DNA from: an uncultured Verrucomicrobiae bacterium
GTDB lineage: Bacteria; Verrucomicrobiota; Verrucomicrobiia; Chthoniobacterales; Terrimicrobiaceae
DNA: 64,000 nt
Direction: 5' to 3'
NCBI GenBank assembly: GCA_963706955.1
Contig: CAVPOC010000008.1
Location: 896,001 to 960,000, forward strand
A program made the translations under genes and the position numbers. Positions 41,188-51,925 of this stretch are shown piece by piece (within the stretch, counting starts at the first letter, position 1; each line of letters starts with the position of its first letter). Below the pieces are notes generated by a model. That model did no database searches. It saw only the letters and a list, made by a program, of their open reading frames with translations, and was not told where the DNA came from.

Positions 41188-43826
41188 ATGAGCGAACCTC
41201 CAACGGGAACGGTCAGCTTTCTTTTCACAGATATTGTCGGAAGCACCCGGCTATGGGAAAAATTTCCGGGCCAGATGGGTGGGGCGCTCGCCCGTCACGA
41301 TTCGTTGATACGTTCTGCCGTGGAAGAGCACGCCGGCTTCGTCTTCAAGACGGTTGGAGACGCGGTCTGCGCAGCCTTCCAATCGCCACGCGATTCGCTC
41401 GAGGCCGCCATCGATTCCCAACGTGCCCTCAGCTCCGAGGATTGGAAGGAAATCGGCGACCTTAAGGTGCGCATGGGCATTCATGCCGGAGCTGCCGAGT
41501 TTCGAGACGGTGACTACTTTGGCAGCACGCTGAGTCGCGTATCGCGCATCGAGGGCGCCGCACATGGTGGCCAAATCCTGCTCTCTCGCATCGCGGTCGA
41601 GCTGCTCGAAGATGAATCCCTTGGAGCGGTTTCCTTCAAGTCGCTCGGTAACTATCGCTTGCGGAACCTCGACCGGCCGGAGCACCTCTACCAAGCGGTC
41701 GTCCCCGGGTCTCGCGGATTCTTTCCTGCCGCCACGCAGCATGGAGGCACTGCCGAACAACCTGCCAGTGCAAACAACCAGTTTTGTGGGGCGCGAAACC
41801 GAATTGAGAGAAGTGAAAGAACTCCTCGCCGAGGCTCGTCTGTTAACCCTGATGGGAATGGGCGGGACAGGCAAGACGCGCCTGGCCATCGAAGCAGGCG
41901 CCGAACTCATCCAAGAGTTTCGCGATGGGGTCTGGCTGGTCGAACTCGCGTTGTTATCCGAGGCCGACCGCGTTCTGGAGGCCGTTGCTGCGGCCGTAGG
42001 TGCGCGGGAAGAGCCCGATCGTCCGTTGCGCTCCACTCTGATCAATTTCCTTCGCAGCAAAACTATTTTGCTCCTGCTGGACAACTGCGAGCATCTTCTT
42101 TCGGCCGCCTCGTCATTGGCGGCGGAACTACTGCGCTCCTGTCCGCGCCTAAAAATTCTCGCCACGAGCCGACACGCCTTAGGTATCGGAGGAGAGGCCA
42201 TCTTCCGCGTGCCACCCCTTCAGGTCCTCGAGGTGGAAGCTGATGATTTTCCCGGCGACGATTTTCCCGAACGTCTTTTCCAATACGAGGCCGTCAAGCT
42301 GTTCGTGGCCCGCGCCAAGGCCGTCCGGCCGGAGTTTAACATCACCAAGGCCAATGCTCGTGCGGTTGCGGAGATCTGCCGCCGACTCGATGGCATCCCG
42401 CTCGCGATCGAGCTTGCCGCCGCACGCGTCAAATTGCTCAGCGTCGAGCAGATCGCGGCACGGCTCGACGATCGTTTCCGTCTGCTGCGCGGTGGCCGGC
42501 GAGATGGTCTTCCCCACCAACAAACACTCGAGGCTTTGATCGACTGGAGCTACGATCTACTCTCCGAAAAGGAACGGATCGCCTTCCGCCGAATGGGAGT
42601 CTTCGCCGGCGGACGCACGCTTGAAGCTCTCGAAACGGTTTGTTCAGGAGATGGAATCGAAGAACTTCGAGATGCTCGACCTCCTCGAACAACTCGTCGA
42701 CAAATCTCTCATCACCGTCGAAGCCGACGAGGCGGGTAACCCGCGCTATACCATGATCGAAACGGTCTGGCACTACTCGCGGGAAAAGCTCGACAAATCC
42801 AGTGAAGCCGCGGCGGTTCGTGACCGCCACTTGGACTACTTTCTTCGCTTTGCTGAAGAGGCCGCGCCTCACCTGGAGGGCCCGGAGCAAAGGGATTGGC
42901 TCGACCGCTGCGAGAGCGATCTCTTTAACTTTCGCTTTGCCGCAGAATGGACCATCAAATCCCGCAAAACAGAGGCGGGTCTGCGTCTGCTGACCGCATT
43001 GTATCGCCTCATCGAAATACGTGGCAATCTCGCCGAGGGCCGCGACATCGGCATGAGCCTCCTGGCGCTGCCGGACTCCGACGTCGCACCCAAGCACAAG
43101 GCAGCCAGCCGCATCGCGTTGGGCCGAATCGCCTGGGCGGCCGATCGCTATAGCGACTCGCGTCGCTTCTACGCGGAGGCACAACAGATTTACGATGCTA
43201 TGGGCGATGAAGCTGGCTCGGCTCTGGCAGACATGCTGACCGGTTTTCTCGATCGCGGCGACGGCAATTTGCAGGAAGCGGAACGGCGTTTCCAGCGGGC
43301 CGTGGACGTTGGTCGCGCGGTTGGCCAGACCTACCTGAAGGCCGGCGGGCTGAGCGGCCTTGGCAGTACCGCTCTGGACCGCGGCGACCTTGTCCGTGCA
43401 CGCGAGCTCAAGGAGAAAAGCCTTGAACTTTACGAACGCCTCGGAGATCGATGGGTTATTGGCCTTATTCTCTGGGGCATCACCACGGTGGCCATCGCCC
43501 AGAAAGACTATTCGCGTGCACGCAGTGCGCTCGATGAGTGGACGCGAATCACCCGGGAGCTCGGTAACCGCTGGATCCTTCCTTATATCTTGGAGTGCGA
43601 GGCGAACCTTGCTCTGGCCCTCGACCAACCCAAACAGGCCGCACGCCTTTTCGGTGCGACCGAAGCCCTCCATGAAAACCTTGGCAGCCAGTTGTTCGCC
43701 GCTGAAATCGTTCGCCAGGAAACATCCTTGGCTACGCTTAAGGAGAGGCTGCCTGATTCTGATTTTCGCGAGGCTTGGGAAGCTGGTCGAGCCGCGTCTC
43801 CCTGGGACCTGATTGACAATTCCTAA
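41188..43826 (+). CDS. Class III cyclase - STAND (NB-ARC-like) ATPase - TPR protein (frameshifts near 41708 and 42650)
   Basis: FTDIVGST, KTVGD, HGGQ; PNNLP..SFVGRE, GMGGTGKT, LLLLDNCEH, DGIPLAIELAAAR; helical repeats at C-terminus. Confidence 0.88.
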
Positions 43827-43883
43827 GAGATGCCAAAGTTCAACTTCGGCACTATGAGAAGTTGTATGGCCGACGTAGACGCG

Positions 43884-43949
43884 TTGCAGAGGCACTTGGC
43901 ACAAGCGCCCAGCTAATCCACAGGCGGCTTGGCACAAGCGCCTCTACAA
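43884..43949. repeat. REPIN (family A) downstream of xpt
   Basis: TTGCAGAGGCACTTGGCACAAGCGCC-cagctaatccaca-GGCGGCTTGGCACAAGCGCCTCTACAA. Confidence 0.82.
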
Positions 43950-43973
43950 TCCTCAAATTAATCGCGGCGAGCC

Positions 43974-44549
43974 TTACTCGACAAACTCAATCCGATTTGG
44001 GGGAGAGAGGCTCTTAATTCTTGCCAGCGAAAAGACCTCATGTCCGGCGGCGCGAGCCTTTTCGCCACCGCCCTGGAATGCCTTTTCGATGACGATGCCT
44101 ATACCAACGAAGACCGCGGCAGCTTGGCTGATGATGGAAGTTAAGGCGGAGAGAGCTTCGCCGCGTGCGAGAAAGTCATCGATTATCAGGAGTCGGTCAC
44201 TCGAGCCGATGAATTGCTTCGCGACGATCACATCGCTTTGCACCTGCTTAGTGTAAGAATATGCCGGCGCCGAATAGTGATCATCGCCAACCGTCGAGGG
44301 TCTTGCCTTGCGCGCGAAGACGACCGGCACCTGCAACTCAATTCCCGTAGTCACCGCGGCCGCAATACCGGAGGATTCGATCGTGACGATTTTTGTCGCG
44401 CGATGACTTCTAAAGTGTTCAGCAAAGGTCCTGCCGATCTGAACCAACAACTTGGTGTCTAATTGGTGATTCAAAAAGGCATTCACGTTGAGAACGTCTC
44501 CAGGCAAAACATACCCCAGCTCGAGAATCCTCTCCCGCAGCATCTGCAT
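43974..44549 (-). CDS. xpt: Xanthine phosphoribosyltransferase
   Basis: FLNHQLD, TIESSGIA, VFARK, YSYTKQ, IIDDFLARG, IVIEKAFQ.G. Confidence 0.92.
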   Translation of the reverse strand: MQMLRERILELGYVLPGDVLNVNAFLNHQLDTKLLVQIGRTFAEHFRSHRATKIVTIESSGIAAAVTTGIELQVPVVFARKARPSTVGDDHYSAPAYSYTKQVQSDVIVAKQFIGSSDRLLIIDDFLARGEALSALTSIISQAAAVFVGIGIVIEKAFQGGGEKARAAGHEVFSLARIKSLSPPNRIEFVE

Positions 44550-44685
44550 GCCACGATTGAACTAAGTCGGTCGCCAAAGAACAAGCTCTAGGAGGTATTT
44601 CGAAGCGTCGGTTTTTGGTTGCAGCGGCGGCGTCCCGACCTCCGACAACCGAACCAGTCTTAAATATCTCGGCGAAATCGACGAA

Positions 44686-44751
44686 TTGTAGGGGCGCTTG
44701 TGTCAAGCGCCCAGCGAAGCCCACAGGCACTTGACACAAGCGTCTCTACAA
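44686..44751. repeat. REPIN (family A) upstream of xpt; a family B half-copy lies at about 44619..44645
   Basis: TTGTAGGGGCGCTTGTGTCAAGCGCC-cagcgaagcccaca-GGCACTTGACACAAGCGTCTCTACAA. Confidence 0.85.
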
Positions 44752-44860
44752 ATCTTTCGAGTTAACGTTGTGGAACCGCTTATAAGAGTTGCTTTAAGTT
44801 AGCTACCTCGCGCGTGACCTAATCTCAAATGCTTTTCCGCCGATGCGACTTACTTAGCAC

Positions 44861-45937
44861 TCAGTGAATTGTATAGCCGCCATCCACGATCAGATTGGCG
44901 CCTGTGATCATATCGGCGGCATCGCTGGCGAGGAAAAGGGTGGCCGCGGCCACCTCTTCCGGCAAGGCAAAGCGGCGGAGAGGAATTTCCTGTTTCATCA
45001 CTTCCCCCGGCTCTCCAGCCCATGCCACCCGACCCATCTCCGTGAGCACGACGGTTGGAGAGACCGCGTTGACCTGCACGCCGCGAGGTCCCCACTCCAG
45101 CGCCATCACTTGGGTAAGACCGAGAAGGCCATACTTGCTGGTGCAGTAGGCGAGATGATTAGCCAGGGCGACCACGGCTGCCTGCGAGGCGATGTTGACA
45201 ATTTTGCCGTGGCCCTGGTCGAGGAAATAGCGCCCGACCGCCTTCGAGAGGAGGAAGACAGCCTTGAGATTCACCGCCATGGTAAGGTCCCACTTGTCTT
45301 CCGATGTTTCTTCCGCCGCCTCTCGGAAAGCAATCCCGGCATTGTTGACCAAAATGTCCACCGACCCGAAATGTGCGACGATCTCCTCGACAGTGGGCTG
45401 AATGCGAGCAAAGTCGGTCACGTCCAAAATGAAATGATGCGCCCGCTCGCCTAGGAGACTGTTGAAAAACTCACGTATGCCACGTTGCTGCCAATTTTCG
45501 GAAGATCGCAAGGAGCCAAGCGCAGGTCGTAGCCGCAGTGCTACGGACAAGCTTGGCGACACCGCGAGGGCCGAAAATTAGCGCAACCCGGAGGGCGCGA
45601 ACTCTTTGGGGCACCTTGGAAGGGTGAGGGGCCCCTTCCCCTCACGGGCGTCGCTCCTCAGTTACAGCCCCTTGAGGGGATGCTCCTTCGTCGCTTCACC
45701 GATATCTACCCCAAAGAGCTCGCGCGTGACAGGCGTGAGTTCTTCAACAGTCTCCTAGGGCGTGCGCGGTCTCGCGGACTGATTCGCTGCGGCCGAGGAG
45801 TGCCAGCGCGCTCCCTTTGCAGCAAAGAGCTCGGCAATTGCCTTGCCAATACCGGAACCGCCACCAGTGATGATAGCGACCTTATCATTCAACATGAAAT
45901 CCAATCGGCGGCTGGAGGAACTTTCCGTGTCAGTCAT
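44861..45937 (-). pseudogene. GolD/DthD-like (D-threitol dehydrogenase-like) SDR interrupted by a MITE
   Basis: TGGGSGIG in 5' part; NNAG, YCTSK, VSPTVVLTEMG in 3' part; removing 45455..45758 restores ...ETAHALGERAHHF; extra 1-nt indel near 45808. Confidence 0.85.
45455..45754. mobile_element. 300-bp non-autonomous MITE, 21-bp TIRs, CTAG target duplication
   Basis: CTAG|GAGACTGTTGAAAAACTCACG ... CGTGAGTTCTTCAACAGTCTC|CTAG (1 mismatch); no transposase ORF; splits a gene cleanly. Confidence 0.92.
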
Positions 45938-46053
45938 AATCTGGAGCTTAGCTTAGGACCATCGGGAACTCGGGAATGCATGCGGAGAACCTTTCTCTCA
46001 GCAGCGAGTCGCAATCAACCTGAAGAGAAGAGCCGGCCTTCCTGAGCAGTGCG

Positions 46054-47149
46054 CTAAGGCTCCAGGGTTACCTTGACCGACGTCAAGCCACTCACTACCA
46101 TATCGATGCCTTTCTGGTAGTCGGTAAGCGGCAGGCGATGGGTCACGATTTCATCCATAGGGAGAAGTCCCTGCTCGATCATGCGAATGGCCACAGGATA
46201 GCAGTAGGGTCCCAGATGCGACCCGTGGACGTTGAGCTCCTTGCTATCGCCGATGATCGTCCAGTCCGCGGTTACCTTCTCGCGCATGACGCTGAACTCA
46301 ACGAACGTGCCGAGCTTGCGAATCATGTTCAAGCCTTGCTCGACAGCTGCCGGATGGCCGGTCGCCTCGATGTAAACGTCGCACCCGTATCCGTCCGTCA
46401 AGTCGCGGACTTTCTCGACGGCATCTTCGGTTCGCGGATTGACGCCGACGTCGGCGCCACATCGCTTGGCCACTTCGATGCGATCATCGCTCAGGTCAAG
46501 GGCGATAATGGAAGCGGCGCCCTTCATCTTCGCCGCCGCAACCATCCCGAGGCCCAACGGCCCGCATCCCGCGATGACAACGGTGTCTTGATATTGGATC
46601 TCCCCCCGCTCGACGGCGTGGATGGAACAGGCGAGCGGTTCAATAAAGACGGCGTGATGGAGCGGGATCGATTTCGGGACCTTGATAATTCAAAGCGCCG
46701 GAGGGAAAGAGCATGTATTCCGCCCATGATCCGAAGGTCCGTTGGCGAAATCCATAGATGTCGTGGACCGCGCACATCCAATATTGTCCGCGCTTGCAGT
46801 ATCGGCATTGGTTGCATGGGACAATTTGCTCACTGATCGCGTGGTCGCCGATTTGAAGCTTGTAAAGCTCGCCGGCTCCTTCGCCCAGAGCGACAACCTC
46901 GCCGACGAACTCATGGCCGGGCGTCACCGGCGGCTGGCAATATCCCGTCCTGTGCTCGTCGCCCCAAAACATCGGGGCTCCAGTGTAGCACTTGATATCA
47001 CTCGCGCAGATGCCTGCGCTCTTGACCTTGATGACAACTTCACCCGGACCGGGTTTCGGGACAGGCAATTCTTGAAGACGGTAATCCGACGGGCCGTGCG
47101 CGACGACCGCAGGCATCGACTTTGGTAATTGTGTTTCGATGGCGCTCAT
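46054..47149 (-). CDS. Zn-dependent polyol dehydrogenase, erythritol/L-threitol dehydrogenase-like (frameshift near 46682)
   Basis: GICASD, GHEFVG, CNQCRYC...C, IEATG; upstream of the DthD-like SDR. Confidence 0.85.
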
Positions 47150-47398
47150 ATTCCTTGGTATTCAATTATGATTTCGAGGGAACTGTCGGTCCCGGTCTCC
47201 CCCCACGGGCAGAATTGCGCCGGTGCGCCTTGCTGGCATGTGAACTTGCCGTGATAGAAAGCAACTTCATCAAGGACACGGGCGATTCTGAAGAGATTGT
47301 GACCCAGCCGCGTTCGACCTTTGGGGATTAAGAGCAGATATGGCAAGAAGGTATGACGGTCAAGTGGCAACGCAGTTGTTTTCGACCCAGCCAAGCCC

Positions 47399-48305
47399 TT
47401 AACAGGTCACGATGCGAAGCTGAAGTTCAATCAGGTCATTGACGAGGTGCCCTCCCAAATTCTGGAAGTACTTTCCGGAGCCGTAAAGCACGTTCCAAAA
47501 GGTTCGATCAATCGCCAACGAAGCTTGTGCGGCAGTCTTGCCTTCGGGGGTCATTCCTGCCGTTGCGAGAAATTCCACCGGTAGCGTGACATTCTTGAGT
47601 GTCAGCTCTCCATGCACTTTTAGGTTCGGTGCACCAGGGCTAGCTTGCGGCACTAACTCGGTCGAAGTGATGACGAACCTAGCTCTCGGGATAAACTTCG
47701 ACGTCGAAAAAATCATCACTTTGAAGGTGGGCAATGAGGACGTCGTGGAGTTGATCGCCCGAGAGGTCGTGGCAAACGATCGTGCGCATGTCCAACGTGA
47801 ACTCACCGCTTCGGAGCTCGCCTTGACTAAAATGGAGCTTTCCAGATTTGATGGCGATCTCGCCGTGATGCTTGTTGAGGAGATTGCGTCCGACCCACTC
47901 CACCCGGCTTTCCGTTAGGTCAATTTCGCGCCAGCCCTCGGGCGGCACAGGATTGTCCTGTTTGGTCGCGCCCTCACTCTTCACTTCCAAGCCGGCTGAT
48001 CTCCAGCCGTCGAGGCCCGCGCGCATTTCCAGGACCTCACCGTAGCCGGCGCGGACAAGCTTTTCTGCCGCCATCCGCGCCTCGCAGCTATCAGAGGCCG
48101 CGCCATAGACACAGACGGCAATATCCTTCCTCGGTGCAACATCAATCATGCGCTCTGAGAAGCTCACTTCATAGACGCAATTGTTCTTTGCCCCCGGGAG
48201 ATGCGCAGCCAGATAATCTTCCTCGAGTCGCACATCGATGAGCACGGGCGCCGTGGAAGTATCCATTCTTCGGGCTAGCTCGGGCGGAGAAATCTGTGAA
48301 AGCAT
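47399..48305 (-). CDS. Rhodanese-like domain fused to YceI (frameshift near 47690)
   Basis: LIDVR...HLPGA...GLDGW; SRVEWVGRN, HLQSDDFFDV, GELTLKNVT, IDRTFWNVLYGS. Confidence 0.85.
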
Positions 48306-48431
48306 GCGCAAAAAATAGGCATGGCTACCGTGAGCGTAAAGCGCAGTGAGCGCCGGCCGACTTCACCAGTAAAATAAATCCTTGCCGGCGGCTGGTTTAT
48401 TATCTACGCCTTGGGGCGTACTGTCAGCCGT

Positions 48432-48941
48432 ATGAGTGACGCGAATGTTTCCGCAAATTTCTCACCCGAAGATTGGGCGCTGGTGAGGTCAGCGCCGTTG
48501 ATGGCCGGGTTACTGGTAACTCTTTCAGATCTTCGCACGGGTCCGATTGGCATTGTGAAGGAGGGCTTCGCGCCCTCGCAAGCCATCATCGAAGCTGGTG
48601 AGGGAGCTGCCAATCCGATCGTCGCCTCCATCGTGGCAAGCATCAAAGAGTCGGCCAAGAAGGGCGAGCGTCTTAAACCGCCCTTTGAAGTGAGCGGCAA
48701 GACGCCCGAGCAACTGAAAGCGGACGTGGCCGCTACGCTCAAAAGAATCCCCACAGTTCTTGAGGGTAAAGTCCCTGCAGAACAAGCCGCCGAATTCAAG
48801 CGCTGGCTCGTCACGATTGCCGACAAAGTCGCCAATGCGGGCAAGGAGGGCGGATTTCTTGGCTTTGGAGGCGAAAGGGTCAGCGCGGCGGAGTCAACCG
48901 CCATCCAGGAACTCGCTTCCACTCTGGGTGTCCAGGCTTAG
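48432..48941 (+). CDS. Conserved hypothetical protein
   Basis: Clean ORF; KVANAGKEGGFLGFGGERVS..E motif. Confidence 0.7.
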   Translation: MSDANVSANFSPEDWALVRSAPLMAGLLVTLSDLRTGPIGIVKEGFAPSQAIIEAGEGAANPIVASIVASIKESAKKGERLKPPFEVSGKTPEQLKADVAATLKRIPTVLEGKVPAEQAAEFKRWLVTIADKVANAGKEGGFLGFGGERVSAAESTAIQELASTLGVQA

Positions 48942-49142
48942 GTCGCAACTTCTCACAGGAAACGGGCTGATCTGCCTGTTTGGGAAAACGGAGGCTTACG
49001 GGTGATCGAGCCGTCGGGCTGACCTAAGCGGTTGTCTTTTGTTCGAGTGCCACTACCTTCTCGCGATGATCGGCGGAAGGTGTTCCAAGAGCAGGTCGCT
49101 CGAAGGGGCGACTTCTGAAAGCGTGGTTGCGAGCTAATTCTG

Positions 49143-51020
49143 ATGAGCGAGTTCGAATATCCGAGATCTTATGACGTGATCGTGATCGGCGCAGGCCATG
49201 CCGGGATTGAAGCAGCTATGGCAGCATCCCGCCTCGGTTGTGAGACGCTGATGCTTACCCAGAACGCCGACACTATCGGGCAAATGTCGTGCAATCCGGC
49301 AGTGGGCGGACTCGCCAAAGGCCACATGGTCCGTGAGATCGATGCACTCGGCGGTGCCATGGGAATCAATACTGACGCCACCGGCATCCAATTTCGAATG
49401 CTGAATGCTCGCAAAGGGCCGAGCGTGCGAGCGCCCCGCGCGCAGTGCGACAAGAAGGCATACCAGTTTCGCATGAAGGCAACGCTCGAGAAGCAGCCGC
49501 ATCTCCATCTGAAACAAGGAAATGTCACTCGCCTGCTCGTGAAGGACGACCGAGCCGTCGGCGTGGAAACAAACCTTGGAGTTCGTTTCCGCGCGCGCTC
49601 GATCGTCGTTACCACCGGAACATTCATGCGCGGCTTGCTTCACGTTGGCCTTCGCAATCAAACCGGAGGTCGAATGGGAGATACCGTTTCCACTTTGAGC
49701 GACAGCCTCCGTCAACTCGGCTTCGAGATCGGCCGCTTCAAAACCGGAACCCCTTGCCGACTCCTGGGCAAGAGCATCGATTATTCCCAATGCGAACGGC
49801 AGGATGGAGACGATCCGCCGCCGTTGTTCAGTTTTCTTCCGGACAGCCTTGTCGCCGGAGAGGACGATATTTTCACGCTGAATTCCTGGAAGGGCACCGC
49901 GTTCGAAACACGCCAGATTCCTTGCTGGATTACCCACACGAACTCAGAGACTCACGAACTCATTCGCGCCAATCTCGACAAATCCCCCCTCTTCGCTGGT
50001 GTGATCGAAGGCATCGGCCCGCGCTACTGTCCGAGTATCGAGGATAAGGTGGTAAAATTCGCCGAAAAGTCTTCCCACCAGCTTTTCCTGGAGCCAGAGG
50101 GTCGCCACACCGAGGAGGTTTACGTTAATGGTGTTTCCACCAGTCTTCCGTTTGAGGTTCAGTATCGATTCATTCGCACCGTGCGGGGACTGGAGAACGC
50201 CGAAATCCTGCGACCCGGCTACGCCGTCGAGTACGATTTCTGCCCACCAACTCAACTCCACACGACATTGGAGACAAAGCGGATCGGTGGCCTCTATCTC
50301 GCCGGTCAAATCAATGGGACCTCAGGCTATGAGGAAGCTGCTGCCCAAGGACTCGTCGCCGGGGCGAATGCCGGATTGAAGGCGCTCGGCCGTCCTGCAT
50401 TCACCTTGGCTCGTCATGAAGCCTACATTGGAGTGCTGATCGACGACCTGGTTACCCGCGGCACCCCGGAGCCGTATCGCATGTTCACCAGCCGGGCCGA
50501 ATATCGCTTGCTTCTGCGGCAGGACAACGCTGACTTGCGCCTGACCGGACGCGGAATCGACGCTGGCCTGGTTTGCTCACATCGGCAGGCCCGATACGAA
50601 GAGAAGGTCACCCAGCTCACCCAACTTGCTGCGCTCGCAAGGGAGTTGCGCTTCGACGGCATCTCTCTGGAAAGCTGGCTCAAGCGCCCGGAAAATATTG
50701 CCAGAAATTTGCCGACAGCAATCTATGGCAGATTCTCAGCTGAAATCTGGGAGATCACCGAAACCGATCTGAAATACGCCGGCTACATCCGCCGCGAAGA
50801 GGAACGTATCGCTCGGACCGCCCGCCAGGAAAGCCGGCCAATTCCGGAATGGGTCGACTACTCGCGGATCAGCGGCCTGCGCGTCGAGGCCACCCAAAAA
50901 CTCTCCAAGACGCGGCCCGAAACACTCGGACAAGCCGCGCGCATCAGCGGCGTGACCCCCGCAGACATGGCGCTCCTTGCCGTCTGGCTTGCCCGCGGCG
51001 AACCCAAAACGGTGGGTTAA
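49143..51020 (+). CDS. mnmG: tRNA uridine-5-carboxymethylaminomethyl modification enzyme
   Basis: [56 protein letters not shown]. Confidence 0.97.
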   Translation: MSEFEYPRSYDVIVIGAGHAGIEAAMAASRLGCETLMLTQNADTIGQMSCNPAVGGLAKGHMVREIDALGGAMGINTDATGIQFRMLNARKGPSVRAPRAQCDKKAYQFRMKATLEKQPHLHLKQGNVTRLLVKDDRAVGVETNLGVRFRARSIVVTTGTFMRGLLHVGLRNQTGGRMGDTVSTLSDSLRQLGFEIGRFKTGTPCRLLGKSIDYSQCERQDGDDPPPLFSFLPDSLVAGEDDIFTLNSWKGTAFETRQIPCWITHTNSETHELIRANLDKSPLFAGVIEGIGPRYCPSIEDKVVKFAEKSSHQLFLEPEGRHTEEVYVNGVSTSLPFEVQYRFIRTVRGLENAEILRPGYAVEYDFCPPTQLHTTLETKRIGGLYLAGQINGTSGYEEAAAQGLVAGANAGLKALGRPAFTLARHEAYIGVLIDDLVTRGTPEPYRMFTSRAEYRLLLRQDNADLRLTGRGIDAGLVCSHRQARYEEKVTQLTQLAALARELRFDGISLESWLKRPENIARNLPTAIYGRFSAEIWEITETDLKYAGYIRREEERIARTARQESRPIPEWVDYSRISGLRVEATQKLSKTRPETLGQAARISGVTPADMALLAVWLARGEPKTVG

Positions 51021-51044
51021 CGGTTTTCGGGATGGAGTTGCTTC

Positions 51045-51107
51045 TGTAGCGGCGGCGTCCCCGCCGCCGGGGGAAGAACCCTCGGCGATGAGGACATCGC
51101 CGCTACA
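51045..51107. repeat. REPIN (family B), best-preserved copy
   Basis: TGTAGCGGCGGCGTCCCCGCCGCCG-ggggaagaaccct-CGGCGATGAGGACATCGCCGCTACA. Confidence 0.85.
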
Positions 51108-51131
51108 CCAAGCGGTCGCAAACTCCGAAGG

Positions 51132-51812
51132 TCACGCTGTGAGCCGGCCATCCTCGATGCGGAGCAAGCGATCGCCTCGGCTTGCCAGATGCTGGTCGTG
51201 AGTCACGACAATCAGCGTGCGCTGATCATGGCGGGCGACCTCCAGCAGCAGCTCGATGATCGACTCGCCCGTGTGAGAATCGAGATTCCCCGTCGGTTCG
51301 TCCGCGTAGATAATTGAAGGGTCATTGATCAAAGATCGGGCGATGGCCACACGCTGCTGTTCGCCTCCACTCAGCTCGGAAGGAAGGTGATGCAGGCGAT
51401 CCTTGAGCCCGACGCGTTCGAGAAGATTCGCGGCCTCGGCGTGCCTTGGTTTGCCGCCCATCATCGAAGGCAAGGCCACATTTTCGAGAGCGGTGAGCTC
51501 GGGCAAAAGGAAGTAGGCTTGGAAGACAAAGCCCATCCGGCGATTGCGCAGGCCGGCAAGTCGATCCGAGCTCATGGCATAGATGTCGGCGCCTTCGAAG
51601 CTGACGCGTCCGAATCTGGGGCGTTCCAGACCCGCCAACGTGTAGAGGAGAGTCGTTTTTCCGGCGCCTGAGGCGCCGCACAGGAAAACAACCTCTCCGG
51701 AACGCACTTCGAGGGAGATCCGCTTGAGAACGTCAATGCGCGCTCTGCCGATCTGGAAAGATTGTTCCAGATCGACGGCAGAAAGATGCGGTTGGCCTGT
51801 TTCGTCAGACAT
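51132..51812 (-). CDS. ABC transporter ATP-binding protein (LolD-like)
   Basis: GASGAGKT, GFVFQ, LSGGEQQR, ADEPTGNLD, VVTHD. Confidence 0.9.
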   Translation of the reverse strand: MSDETGQPHLSAVDLEQSFQIGRARIDVLKRISLEVRSGEVVFLCGASGAGKTTLLYTLAGLERPRFGRVSFEGADIYAMSSDRLAGLRNRRMGFVFQAYFLLPELTALENVALPSMMGGKPRHAEAANLLERVGLKDRLHHLPSELSGGEQQRVAIARSLINDPSIIYADEPTGNLDSHTGESIIELLLEVARHDQRTLIVVTHDQHLASRGDRLLRIEDGRLTA

Positions 51813-51925
51813 CACGCCAGATCTGATAGGGAGTTTTCACGCACTTGCCACGTCAACTTGACAACCCGCCACTTTTTTGGAAAACATCGGAGCCAGGGAA
51901 GCATGGCCACACGAGGCGTCTTGGC

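Noticed and set aside
43884..44751. CRISPR array suggested by recurring CTTG-NNN-CAAGCGCC units
   Set aside because: Units occur as inverted doublets with GTAG feet, without regular repeat-spacer periodicity or cas genes; they are REPINs.
44550..44860. Purine riboswitch upstream of xpt
   Set aside because: No purine-aptamer core (UAUAA...GG...UUUCUACC...CCGUAAA) on the minus strand; the region is occupied by REP elements.
47146..47394. 82-aa ORF between the YceI fusion and the dehydrogenase
   Set aside because: No recognisable motif or coding signal; probably the promoter region.
48942..49142. ncRNA or riboswitch upstream of mnmG
   Set aside because: Only two short hairpins (AAACGGGC/GCCTGTTT, GTCGCTC/GGGCGAC) and no family signature I can recognise.
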